Assembly: GCA_040954595.2 (NCBI GenBank)
Contig: CM082576.2
Coordinates: 11,039,129 to 11,103,128, forward strand
From: Balanoglossus misakiensis
Lineage: Eukaryota; Animalia; Hemichordata
Direction: 5' to 3'
Length of the DNA: 64,000 bases
The notes beneath the pieces were generated by a model. The model was given only the letters and a program-made list of their open reading frames with translations. It was not told the DNA's origin and searched no databases. Made by a program: the position numbers and the translations under genes. Shown piece by piece: positions 1-13,400 of this stretch (positions within the stretch are counted from its first letter, which is position 1; every line of letters begins with the position of its first letter).

Positions 1-377
1 TTTAATTTCACGGTTATCTGGCCATTCAAATGTGCTCTGTGCAGAACAGAGTATATCCTCGTTGGGCAGAATATTGGGTGCGCTGAGAGAAACATCCGAT
101 AAGAACAAACAACTGACACCTAATATGCAACAAATAAATGTTATGAGAACAAGACACCATCAATGCTTGGGCCAGCACCTATATGTTCCTGCTTGAGAAA
201 AAAAATACAACACTGCATTGCATATAAAAGGTAACAGATGTTCCTGTAAGTCAATTATACTGATACAAACATCTATGTTGATATAATCTGGAACATGGAA
301 ATGAATCATATGGTGCAAATATTATGCGATTATCTTTAGAACTGTATAAACGACAGTTCTGAACAAGGCTGACCTAC

Positions 378-2354
378 CTGATAGTACGATTTGATGTTGC
401 GCAGAAGAACATCTAAGTTCTGGATGCGAAGGTTGACATCTCCGTTGACTTCTCTATTTACTATCATATTAGTTGGACGGGGGTCACTGCAGAGAAGGCA
501 AAGAGTGAAAACGTCAGCTGAAGAATGTACAGAGACTTCAGTCACTTTATCAAGTAGCAGTTGTTACCAATTAGCTGACATCCAGCCAGACAGGCCGCAA
601 CCTGACTTTTTGTCTGCCAGTCAGGTGCAAGACATCAGCATTGAAATTTGATATTAGGCTGGAGCTGATACAGTGAAATCTCAGTCTATGTCTGTTGGAT
701 ATTCTGCATTACTTAAATTGATTTAACTTGAGGTAAGTTCTGAGACAAATTTACATACAAACACCTAGCCTAGCTAGTACCGTAGCCTGTCCCTTCTTGG
801 CTCTGCCAAACATATACCATAACAAATACTAAGGGTTTGCTTATAACTATCTAGGGAAACTGTCACATAGCTCCAGTTGTATTTCTATTTTAAACTCTCT
901 ATTGATTTATGTGTATCATATGGCTAAAACCGATGATGTTACCAAAGCCCCTGTTCTACTTCTTTTGTGCTGCATACCAGCTCATAAAAACAAACTCTGC
1001 CCTGGTCTTAAACACTCACTCCATTAAATTCCAACACTGAGGACATTAAATTATATAACCAAGGTAGAATTTATAAATGAAGTTCAAGACAATAGTCTGT
1101 CTCTGTGGTTGCTGCCTAGCCTCTTCACTTCGCATTCCAAGTATAGCTGACATCGCTATAGAAACCTTATCTGAGAATTAATCTACAGACTGCAGGAAGC
1201 AACTACTGGTGCTGATATGCATGGTGATTTTTCCACTGGTGGATAAAACAATATCCTGTTCTGTCTATCCTGCAACACCTTGTTGCAGGATACACAGAAC
1301 AGGCACAAACAGATATAAATATATACAACAAAGAAAGTCACTTGTGACATATTAACTTTATGTTTGTATTATAAAACATATTCAATTTTTTAGCACATTT
1401 TTAAAATTGGTATGAGCTATCTTGCGAATAAGTATAGACACCCTAACAAAAAATGGTCTATCTTTTCTATGCTAAACAAGTCTTCTGGAGAATTCTGCTC
1501 TAAAACAACATTCCCTATAATTCCCTCCATACTGGCATTTGATGTGGACAATGGGGTCGGACAATTGGTATTCAGGTCAACTTGTAAGTACCATTGTGTT
1601 CTGTCTCTGACAGATGCATTCATCAGGGCACCCCACAGTACCTGAGTAATCTCGAACAACCCATAGTTGTGGATAGTCAGCATCGTGTGTGTACGAGCAC
1701 TGAACTCTATATTACTGACTCCCCTGTGATACATACTGCTGCAGAAAGTGAAGCGGAAATTTTAATCCAATTTGATTATGGGCGTGTACGCACTGTCAAC
1801 TACTCATGCTGAAGGCAGAACTGTTGTGAAGATTACTAAATATGAGTCATGTGCCCCAAAGGACTATTACAACATGAGAGAAATCACTGATCTTCAAAAA
1901 CACCATCTGAAACCATTCTCACTCCCAATGTAATGTGAATCTATCATAGTGGGCACCTCATCGACGTCTACCATATCGTGTCCTGAAATTAATTGGTGAC
2001 CGTAAGGTCAATGAAATATACATGTATAATATATTACTCGGTTATCTCTTTGGCAATGTATAATTGCTACTTACATTTGAAGCATTATGTCATTAAGGAA
2101 AACACCGTCAACTAGATCTATAAATTCCAGCGGCTTCTTGTCTTCCTTGAAAGCTGCCACCTATGACGTGCAGACACATGCAAAAAGTAAATAAAACTTT
2201 CGTCATAGAATACGGATGTTGCCAAAATGTAACAATTACTCGTATAGAGGAAAAGGCGAAGCAAAGGGTGAAATCACACACATGAGGGAAAAATTGAAGC
2301 TTCTCTTACCCATATCACCAGTGGGTGTTTCATGAATTCAGCGGCGCCTGCCAT
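378..2354 (-). CDS. CCDC88: CCDC88 (Girdin/Daple-like) HOOK-domain protein, 5' part; gene continues beyond the window start
   Basis: Exons 2354-2310 ([15 protein letters not shown]), 2160-2075 ([29 protein letters not shown]) and 486-378 ([36 protein letters not shown]) join in phase with GT-AG introns. They match the recalled Girdin N-terminus (FMTSPLVTWV...[14 protein letters not shown]...LRMHNLSILVRQIKFYYQ). Confidence 0.92.
1255..1303. repeat. Near-perfect inverted repeat (23-bp arms, 3-nt loop) in CCDC88 intron 2
   Basis: cctgttctgtctatcctgcaaca-cct-tgttgcaggatacacagaacagg; one mismatch between arms. Confidence 0.85.
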
Positions 2355-2879
2355 GATGATTGATGATAACCTTCAAAGTTTGGTTACTGTGATATCACAG
2401 GTAGGGAGAGAAATTCACCTGGTTCCGATTCCGTACGTAAACCCCAATCTCCCCCACCAAGCGCTGCTGTGTTTCCCTATAAATTCCAAGCTGGCTACCT
2501 GCCTGTATTTACAAGATCAAGGGAGCCATGGAAACGAAAACTTGCTGCCAATTACTTGGCAAATCCCTCGATAAAAACATTCAGTATTGGTACCGACAAA
2601 AATATAACACACGAAGTTGCGACACGAACTTCCGAGCACGAACAAAGATTGCGGGGTGAAGGAACGAACGGTCTCCGCAGCGATGCACCGAAGCCCTTCT
2701 GTCGATATTCCAAGCTATCCTTCACATGCAAAGTTGCGCGACAGTGGCACAGCTCAGACGTTCAGCTCATCCTGGTGGACAAAACTCGATCGCTTCACCA
2801 CCGTATCCTGCGTTGTCCTTTCTGTCATGCTGCGCCGTACAGAAATTCAAAGTTGTAAATCGGGAAGGCGATTGTCAGG

Positions 2880-3914
2880 GAATGTTGTAGCCAATCAAAT
2901 TCCTGTTTACGATGACCTCATCACTGGTGTAAGTAACCACACCTCAGTTAGTATATCCTTCCGCTGATAACCACAACAAAAATGAGTACCCTTAAACTAT
3001 TTCATGTCACGTTAACTTGGCCAGTAAGCGATGCCATCGATAATTTCAAAGCCGATTGTCGAGAACAAGATTGGATGTTGAGTTTTATTCGTGTTTTATC
3101 CGACTGATATGCATATCAAATACAGGCAAAACTGTCAACAGGCGGAAGATTACTCACCTAGTGGTCACGTGACTTCTTCAACAGGTGGATGTAGATAGAG
3201 GGCTCTGTAACAACTTGCCTGAATCATCACCGTCGAGTCAACAACCAAATTATACTCGCAAAACCATTATCTATTTCAATCACGACAGAAGTGTGCGTAA
3301 CCCTTTCACATTACATGTAATTAATGGATCTTTTTTGAAAAATCAAGCATCTGCAACTAATGTTTATAGGGATAGTAGCTGTAACAAACTTTTGATGATT
3401 ATTATTGTGGAAACACAGAAAAGTTACTCTTACTGTCATTTTTAATGAAAAAAAAATATTGGCAAGCACAGTTGTGGATTAGTAGTGTAAAAGGATTTAC
3501 TAGGAAAATACTATCATAGTCCATACTGGTCAGCTATGATTTTTCATCTATCAAAGCAGGAAGAAAAGTGTACAGATGAATCATCTGAAACTCTCCCAGG
3601 CCCAATGTAAATAAGTACAATGTACATGTAATTTGGGTAAATGTTAAAATCTATATTATAGTTGTGCATGGCATAGGGTGCATGGTATGATGTGAAGTAG
3701 TGTGATGTTGTGTTGTACGGGATGCCGTTATAAATTGTAACTGATTTGACATGACATTGACTTTTTGAACTTTTCAGATCATAATGACGACCACCTGCAG
3801 CGCAGTGGGTCGTTATATTATTGATACCGAGTTAGAGGGTCCTTTTTCTCTCATAAGTCAAGTGTTTGTTCGAATTCTTTACTCCAGCGCACGGTAGCTC
3901 ATCGCAAACTCGAA
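2880..3914. promoter_or_regulatory. Divergent promoter region between CCDC88 and CFAP36
   Basis: Head-to-head start codons at 2354(-) and 3915(+). Locally CpG-rich, with CCAAT near 2892, ETS-like CGGAAG at 3143 and palindromic E-box GTCACGTGAC at 3164-3173. Confidence 0.55.
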
Positions 3915-6900
3915 ATGGCCGACTGGGTGTTCGATAGCGTTGTTGGCTTCCTGTACAGTCCTATGTGGACAGTGCCCATCGTCAACTTCATTGAACACAA
4001 ATGCTTGGGTAAGTTCATTTTCCTGAACAAGTCTGAAAGGCCGACGAATTGGCTAGGAGCAAAAGATCACCTGTAAAGTCGTTGCTATTTTTCTTCACTC
4101 CAGTGTTCGACCCAGAAGAAGACAACCCGAAGGTGTATGCAGAAATTCACGGGGATTACAAGGAACTAGTAAGTTTGAACATGTCAATTTTATGATCTCT
4201 TGTCATCGGTATACATTTTGTTATCAATATAGCAACCAACATTTTTGTATTTCATCAGTTTGTTTCTCACAGTTACTTAATATCACGGTAGCAAACATTG
4301 AAAAAAGTTATAATAATAATTCTGATTTCAGTATTTCTAAATGCTTTTTCAAATCTGTTCCCTCCAACCCGGATATGTCACACCTTATCAGTATAAACAG
4401 CGTTAATTTGTAATTCATGGAAGATAATTATAATGCTTTAGAGAATATTCTATGCATAAGCTTAACATATTAACCAGTATTACTCACATATACGTTAATA
4501 CCAAGTTAATGACATTTTCGCTGCCATAGCAACAGTCAGTTGTCTTCTTGAATATGGCTTCTCTTCTGTTGCATTCAGACCAGTCTTCCCAGTAATGAAT
4601 TGATGTGTTCTATTCTTGAACTGGTGCATTATTGTTTCTGTCATTCGACCAAATCAACATTTCCTGGTGAAATAAAACTTTATTGAAAAAAAACGTGTAT
4701 AAATTACGGCATTATAAATTAAGTTTTATTTTTTATTATTTAAGTACTTTCTCTATACTTTTTATGGGTATGCTTCTTGTAGAAGATGTAGAAAGTATAT
4801 GGTTTAAGCAGTTTGGAGTTTTAAAAGGCCAATAATGATAGCCTTTCCAGAAAAATAAACAATATGGCTCTGTCAACAATTTACCCTTTAATAAAATGGT
4901 AAAAATGACCTGCACTACCCAGTAATGTACAACCACTGCCATATTTTTGCAAGACATACAACTTTACACTGGCTGATCCATTTAATTTTTTTAATGTATA
5001 CCAAAAATAGAACATATCTTAGCAAGATGACATTTCATCTGAAGTTCTTGAAAACCCATTACACAATTGAATATCAGGTCACATTTCTGCCATGATGATG
5101 TTTAACTTCACAAACACATACACCTGAACACACCTATTGCATTCCTCTGACTCATGGTCATACTTGGTACGACCATGCTACATGTATATGCAGGTGAAAA
5201 TGTTAAAGGTTAAATCATAGTTTGAAACCCAGGCTTGCTATGGTTAAATATAGAGTGCAAATACTCACAATTCAAACAAAAAATACATTTGTAAAATGCA
5301 AATTCATTAAAAGGTTTAGTGAATTTGTGATTTTTATATATGTTGGTTGACATTTTCCTTTGTAAAGCTTTTGTGGGTCAACTTTTAAAATTAGTACATC
5401 CCTCATGAATGTACCTTTTGTACAACCAGTGTTATTGAGTAAAATGTCTTTTCACCACCAATGAGAATAGACTGACCATTGACAAACAAAGCACGTTTAT
5501 TGTCCATTACAACAAAATCAGGGTAAATTGTAGAACCTTGGCCTAATTTATGAAACTAGAAATCGTTCCCCAGAGGGACAGTAAATCTCTCTTTGTAGTG
5601 TGTAATCTCTCTGTGTGTCAACTGTATAGATTTATTAGTAAATTTACACCCTGTTGACTACATCCCATGACAAAAGGGAGACAAAAGATTTGATTAGATT
5701 GTGATGTGGAAAATAATTGCGAGTCCATCTTTTGAACAACGCATAATAAAGATTTATTTCAATAGTATTTATGAATTTAAAAATGTAAATATGTCCAAAA
5801 ACAGTATGAAGAGCAGCTGAAAATTGTTCAGACATTAAATCATATTTTGCAGAAATATTCATGTGGTTGGTAAAGGTACTTTTAATGTTTCTGAGGTCAG
5901 CTCAGTATTTTTTCTAACATCACCATAAATTGCATTCTTCATGTTTGCAGACATATGAAATTCTTTGACGTCATTTCTTCAGTACTGTATACTGTATATA
6001 AATAGTCATTAGTGATTATCATCATCTTGATCCTAATGACAGTCATTATAACATCCTGTTAGATTTGCATTAAACCATAAAGCTGAAAACCTTGTAAAAT
6101 TTGAAACCGTGACAAGGAAATATTGAATGTGTTGACATTTCCTTTTAAGTCGGCGCTTGGCAACTGAGTAATGTTTTATGACCGTAATTTGTTTGTACTG
6201 TCTGTCTTTGTTCCAGTCTTTGTTCAATTCTTCCACACAATGGTCCAATAAAATTTGTAAAAAATTACTTTTGTCTTGTGCGAGCTTGCAGAACTATCTG
6301 CAGAAACAATGTCCACTTAAAAGTGATTCCATTAGATTTTCATTTTAATGTCATGTAATTTTGTGCATTGTCAGTCAGGATTGAATGGAAGAACGGCAGC
6401 GTTAAAATGATCCAGTTGAAATATAATCCTACAGATTAGAATGAAGCAAATTGCCTAGCCGCGCAAGTGTGTTCAGTCACAAATACAAACCTAATTGCTG
6501 CTCAGGGGAGGGTTTTGAAAGTACAATTCATTTCTCTTTCTATACAAATGAACACAATCGTTGGCCCTGATTGTGATGTTCTCAAGTTCACAGTCAGTCC
6601 AAGTGACTGCTTGGGGTTGCAATGGGAGCTGTTTACAGTTTCATACCAGGAAACAGGAATCTTGTTAATATTTTGTGCCCTGTGGCAGCATGAAAGCCAA
6701 TCTCACACAGTGTCATCAATGATCCCTTTATTGTCCACTTTGAAAGTCAGCCATGTAGTATGTGTTGCATCAAGTGAATCAATAGAATTTGACTATATAG
6801 ATTTTGTATAAATTCACACAAAAAAGTAAAAACTGTCACTAGGAATTCACTGCAGTATGTGATATCATCCGGTGAAGGGGTCTCACAATACCTTCATTTC

Positions 6901-9900
6901 AATAATTCATTATTCATCTTTTACTATTTTTCCACAGGTTGAATTCTTGCTAGAAAATTTCCTGGAAGATGTGGGAATATCCACGGATCAGTTTGTCACC
7001 GCTTGCAAGAAGAAAGGTGGCAAACACTCAGATGAGACTTATGTGAGTTTCAACGTCCTACGGCTCTGTCCCCCCGTCTCACTTTCCTTCGCTCCGTGTC
7101 AGAAATTATTGATAAACCAGAGAGAGAAAATCCACAGGCTTGCGTATTGAAGCCATTGAGCGTTAATATTTTAGCAGAAAAAAAAATGTGATGTGGCATT
7201 TTATGGTGATGGTTGTCATGGTAACAGTATACGCTGGTGTGGTATTGCTTTGCCATTTAACTGGGTGAAGTGTGTAATGCATTTATGTGCAATAGAAATG
7301 AGTCAGCGGTTGGTGGGATCATCATGACAGGCGAGCAGTCCATCAGTGTCGTCCTGTGCCAATCAACATCCTGTTACTATATGGCTGCACGTGGAATGAC
7401 ACAAATATAATGCAGTCACTCAGCTCAAACACACCCTTTGACAACACCACATAGCTGCTGAAATCAATGTAAAAAAAAATTGTAGAATTTTAAACAAGAT
7501 GAAAATTGTGATATCTCACACCCGTGTTTGTCTAATTTTCGTGGCCGTTTACTGATATTGCACAGCTTTAATTGTCGTCTTGTTTAAAATCCTACCAAGT
7601 TGCCAAATCACTCGAAGCAAACATAATTTAAACAAATTAATAATGAATCACATTTTGCACCGTCAAACTAACTCAGCCACTTTTAATATCCTTTATCACT
7701 TTAGGCTGCGTTTGAGCAAGTTGAGGCAGCGCAGGACTATGAAGTCTTCAAGAGGATGATGATCCAGAAGAACATTGAACTTGAACTGCAGGCTTTGAGA
7801 TTAATCCAGGAGAGGAATGGAGTGATACCGGAGTCTATGACGCCCAGTGACAAGAGCACTGTACAGTATTCACAAGCAACATTTGAGGATGAAGAGGAAA
7901 GAATACTCCAAGAGGTCCTCAGGTGGGCTTGATCAAATTCATTGTTTTTTTAAAAAGAATAGAAGAAGATTTCATATTTTATTTTAGTACACAACATGCA
8001 CTATCAGAGAGTGCCGTTGGGTACAGTAAATTCCTTTGAAAATCTTTTCTTCTGCCAAACTTCTGTGCAGGAAATCCAAAGAGGAGTACGAAGCCCAGCA
8101 AAGAAAGAAAGGTACAAAGTATGACAAAGAAATGGAAGAGGCTCTAGCCTACAGCGAGGGTGAAGCCAAACGACTCCAGGAAGAAAAGAACAGAGAGAAA
8201 GATATGCTTGACAAAGTAAGTCACTGGAGATCTAACCAATCACAGATTTTCACACTCTGGCAGCAGACCTGGCAAGTGAAAACAGCACACATCACCACAA
8301 GATCGTGAGAACACTTGAGGCTTTATTCCTGACCCCGTCGATCTGTCTTTTCTTAATCACAGGCACTGAAATTGTCATTGACGTCAGAAAAAGCAGCTAA
8401 ATCTCAGACAACACTAAAGGATATGCCCGCCATAGCCAAAGAGACCAAGGTAGGGAGGGATCCAATATGACTGAAGAGCAACCTACTGTCTCCAACCATA
8501 TCTGAGTTGTTTGACTTATAAATATAGTTGTATGATCTGTTTGCAAGTTTCTATACTGGGATACCATGCAAAGTGACATGGTTTACAGAAATCAAGTTTT
8601 GATAATTTAGTTTGCTTTGAAAGGCATATTCACCCTGGCAATCCAATTTTTTTGGATCAGTAATCAATAGATTGCATAACGTACAAGTCCCCTTCCCATT
8701 TGTCTGTGATCAAAAGAACTGGCACCAGCATAGATGAGTTATTGTGATATGTTCAACACCAGTAGGATGTCACAGTCATATTTTGAGAATGAATTCATTG
8801 ATTTTAGTTTGATTAAATTCAGTCACACATGCGCCCAAACTATCACCATGTTTCAGAAACCAGAGTCCGCAAAGACCAAAACACCAGCACCTGTGCCAAC
8901 AATAAAAGAGCCTACCCCGGCCCCGGCCGCATCAGCCCCAGCCCCGGCCTCGGCAGCTAAAAAGAAAGAAGTCAGCAGTGCCGAGGCTGCTGCCAGTTGG
9001 CTAAGCAGTGCAAAAGCTGAAGCTGAGGCCTCTAGACCAGGATCCACAGCTAGCAGGGTAAGCTGTCAACTTCAACAACAATCTCTACTCTTTATGACAC
9101 TTCCAATAAATCTGACATTTACTCAAAAGCTGGACTTATATTAAAAGATACTTCACCAAACTCTTGTGCATATGCACCATGACCTGTTTGTCTCCAATTA
9201 CAGTTATTAATTTTTCGTGATGTTGTCTTTTTCGAACAACCATGTCTATCTTTGCACTTGTGAATGTTGTGTTTTACTTTCTCCTGGTAATAACAGCTGT
9301 GATACTGAACAAAAATGCACCTATTATTTTCGAAGCAATTATAATTGTATACGTACACTTGTAGTTCTTCTGTTGTAAATCTCATAGTGATATCTCTTGT
9401 GTTTCTGCCTGTCTGTACTTCATAGATTGTGTTAAAGGCTTGATGGATTTTATTTTTCCGCTCAATGCTATGACGTTTGTTTTTTGTTTTCTTTTTTTCT
9501 TCTGATTGTTGTGTTTTGCCCTTGGTGATCTCTTGTCTACCTGTCGACTGACTCATTCTCTCAGACAACTGATGCACACAGTAAACAGGTATGCACTTTG
9601 TAACAGGATTACAGCTCACTTAAGCCAGCAAGAGTTTCAGAGTCTCTCGTGGAGTGATTCCCGTTGCTATATTTTTTCGCACCCTCAAATTTGTTCAATG
9701 TATTGGATAAATCTTGATCAAATATACTAGGATGAGATACCAGCAGTGAAGTTTTTAAGAGTATTTTCAAATCAAAACTTTAACTTGAAATTGTAAAGTA
9801 TTGACTTTGATTTTGATATTTAATAGTTGTGGTAATATTCTAAAAGGCGTGACCGTGGACAGTTTTGAAGAAAGACAAGTAACAGCTTTATTTGTGATTT

Positions 9901-10437
9901 TTTTTCGTTCAGTTCTCACCCGAACAACAGATGGGTCTAATTGCTCTACATGTGTTTGTGTTACAGTTGGCAAGCAGTGATGCAGCAGAACTCAAACGCA
10001 GGGAGGACTATTTAAAGCAGCAACGTGACAGGCTTCTGGCAATGAAGAAGAAAGAAAGGGAAAAGACACTAGACACCTTCACGGCAACATCGCAAGGAAG
10101 AGACCGTCCCAGGTCTGCAAGGGCAGCTAAACAGGCCACTAAAGGTAAAAGGTTGATTGCATCACTCAGTTGAATTGAAGTGCAGTGATAATTTCGTTTC
10201 AGAAAACAGAATAATAATAAAGTAATTCCAGACCAAACTGTGATGACAAGGTGGCAGTTGTGAACATCAATGTCATCCAAGCATGTTTGCTCTGAACTGT
10301 TTTCATTCTGTGCCATTCATTCCACAGAGGAAGGCAAACCACAGAGTGCCGAGATGTCTGCAGAAGACCAGAAGAAACTGGCTATGAGACAAGCACTGGC
10401 TACAAGACTCAAACAGGAAGTTATCAACAAGAAATAA
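3915..10437 (+). CDS. CFAP36: Cilia- and flagella-associated protein 36 (CCDC104; BART-domain ARL3 effector)
   Basis: In-phase exons 3915-4008, 4104-4168, 6938-7042, 7705-7922, 8071-8215, 8363-8449, 8857-9057, 9967-10144, 10328-10437. Protein MADWVFDSVVGFLYSPMWTVPIVNFIEHKCLVFD...IHGDYKELVEFLLENFLEDVGI...FKRMMIQKNIELELQALRLIQERNG...REDYLKQQRDRLLAMKK...LATRLKQEVINKK* matches recalled CFAP36. Confidence 0.93.
7212..7225. promoter_or_regulatory. RFX X-box in CFAP36 intron 3
   Basis: GTTGTCATGGTAAC fits the X-box consensus; a second near-match GCTGCCATAGCAAC lies at 4520-4533 in intron 2. The host is a ciliary gene. Confidence 0.5.
9565..9588 (+). CDS. Candidate 24-nt in-frame microexon of CFAP36 (TTDAHSKQ)
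   Basis: Upstream U-rich tract and tgactgactcattctctcag acceptor, then ACAACTGATGCACACAGTAAACAG, then donor gtatgc. Phase 0/0, matching the flanking exons. Confidence 0.55.
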
Positions 10438-13400
10438 AGCTTCCCTCGTCCCTCCATTCCTCACCTGACCCCCACCACCACCACCACCTCCCTTAATTAA
10501 ATATTTTTGGCAACGATGATTAAGGCCAAGCATATCCATAAGACGTTACTTAAAGTTAGGTCACATAGCTTCACTACTTTTGAACTTCCATGTTGTCTGC
10601 AAAATGTCACTGCTAATTCTCTGTTCACTAAAACAGCTGTCAAATCCAGCAATAAGTCAGAACTATGCTTTCGGAATCATATGCAAAGGTCCACCCCCAC
10701 CCCCGAAAAAATGTGATGGATTATGGCTAGAATTTGCCAAAGATGTGCAGACAACATGGCAAAAAGTTCTATCTACTGTTTTTGGTGGCAGTTTTGGTTT
10801 GAAAGTACATTGTACTACAAGTTACGCAAACGATCTGTCATCTTGGTGTCTGTAATTTCGCATTGACCATTCAAACTGAGAGATTTGGAATATATTGTCT
10901 CCATTATACAATAGATGTACTGCAACCAGGTATTAGTTCGTGTATTTGACTCTACACAATACAACACAACATAATTTATTATAGTAATTGTACATGATAT
11001 GGTCTTTCCCTAGGTATTTGCACTTTTTATTCAGTTTCTGAGAGTACACTGGGCTTTTTTTTTCTTTGACTGCATTTTTCTCTGGCATAGTCTGGAAACT
11101 AAAGCATTCCATGACTGCATTGCGGGATTCAATTCCAGGCCAGAACTGCTACTCTGGTATAGAATCGTTTTCGTAAGTTCAAGTTGTCAATGACAGACGC
11201 GAACCTGGGTCACTCTGCACGTGACCGCATTGCACAAAAACTGCTGTTGTCATCACTTATGCAAATTTCATGATCACCGTTGATGACACTGTGCAGCGAA
11301 ATACATGTTCTGTTCTTAAAAACCTGCATTTTTGGTATGCCGGCATTTCGTGTCGAAGCCTCTGTTTGAGCTAAAGTCATTTACCAGGCATGACGAATGA
11401 GATTCCTGTCCCCCTGCTTTGGCTATCCAAAGCAAGACTGCACTTGTACCGGTATATGTGATTTTGGCAGCTGATAGTTTTTTCTACAACTTACAAGATT
11501 GTAAGTCTGATGTATCTCTTCAAGTCTCTCTGTAGCTATGGTACAAATATTTTCTTCGTCATAAGTAGCTTTATGTAGCCAGTACTCAACTTCTGTAATT
11601 TACTTCAGTAGTTCAGCGAAAAGTGTGTGGCATCACAGTTTGGTTCAGAAACAAGGCCAACTACTTAATTGAAGAGTTGCTGTGACCCTTCACAAAAAAG
11701 AATGGTACCACCATAGACATTAATGGTACATTGTAACTTGTACTACCAGGTACTTAACACAGGGCATCAATTTGTAAATAAATGGACTGTCATCATTAAA
11801 TCAGCACAAGCACACTCTGAATAATTTATTACTGAAAACATATACATAGCAAACCTTATAGAAACTTAAGCTTAGAATTTTCTTGCTTACTCGATAATCA
11901 CCTTGTGAGGAAATCTTGGCACCGTCCAATATTTTATACTTTCTGATGACCATGAGTTTTTGGTAAAATAATAACATGTGTGTAATATTGATGACAGCTT
12001 GGATTTATTATAGTGCTGGCAGTGTTCAGCATGATCTGAATAATCTACATACATGCACTATCAAGTCCAACTAACTGAATATTGCCTGCAGTTACTTCTT
12101 TTAAAAAAAAACAAAGTTGTTTTGATTGTCAGTTCATTCTTCAAGCAGGTGCACAACAGGTGAACAAGTGCTGTAACCTATAAGGATAGGCTATTTGACA
12201 GGTGTGCACATTGACCTTCAAATCACACAGATGCAACACCCAGCCATGTTTCTCAATTTCTGTAACAAGAGCGTTATATATTACATGTTACAAACAATGA
12301 CTTTAACACCTGGATTATCAGCAACCTGGTAGTTTGAAAGTTAGATACTTTAGCCATGTTTGTCATGGTTTTTAATTTAAAAATAAATAAATCAAGCCCT
12401 TCTTCTGTGCTTTTTATATACTTATTAGCCCGAGTATGTAGATTTTTGTTAGAAGATATCCTTTTTTTAGACTTGATTGATTGATTTGTGCAATTATTGT
12501 GAATTTATAAGACTACAATGTGATTGGTTAAAAATTGTGGATGGCTATGCCAGATAAATTCCTCATTCTCGTCTGTTGTGAACACAAATTAAAGATTTGT
12601 GTTCCAATTTATGGCTTGCTTTTATACATATTGAATAGTATATATTCACCGATATGTAATGTCATTTACTAGAGTAACAAATAAATAAAACCAACTTCTC
12701 ACAGGATCGTCTCACCTTTAATATTTTGTCAGGAAAAGGCAGTGCGTTTACAATAGCGCCCTCACAGTTTACTTCAACAAGTATCTATCGGTTATATAGA
12801 ACTTTTGACCAGAAGATAAAATTCATGATCTATGGCTTCCTTTCTTGATTCAAATTGCAATTCCGAATCTCCTTGGCAGTTGTGCAATGTGGCCTTCCTG
12901 GTACATGGAAGTGAACTTGACTTTGTTGAGCACGGTATCTATGGAAACGTTGGCAATTTCATAGCCAAGCTTATAAGTTATATGCCATCTCATTCTGTGC
13001 ATGTGTACATGTTTGTGTGGTGTGTGTATGTTATGGTAGGTGTTAAAATTAGACGCATACTACACAGTGCTTGGCTTATCTCAAAGAGTCTTTATTTATA
13101 GAGATTAACTTGGTTATGATTAATCATTTTAAAAACCCCTAATAATGACTACCTAAGCAGTAACCATAATCGGGGGGATAACAACACATCTGACGGTATT
13201 TTTTTGCTTTTTTTCATCATTTTTTTTTTCGATGGATTTTTTTTTAATTTACTTTTTTGGAAACTAAAACTAACAGAGCAGACTCCATTGAAGACCCGTC
13301 CTAGGTGCGATACAAAAGGACATTACTGGACTTTTACAAAAAAATTGTATGAGGAGTGTTGTCAAAGGGAAAAAAAACATCCAATGTTCCCAATAATTGA

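Noticed and set aside
9119-9619. 166-aa minus-strand ORF in CFAP36 intron 7
   Set aside because: Antisense reading of a U-rich intron; its Lys/Asn-rich composition reflects the polypyrimidine tract.
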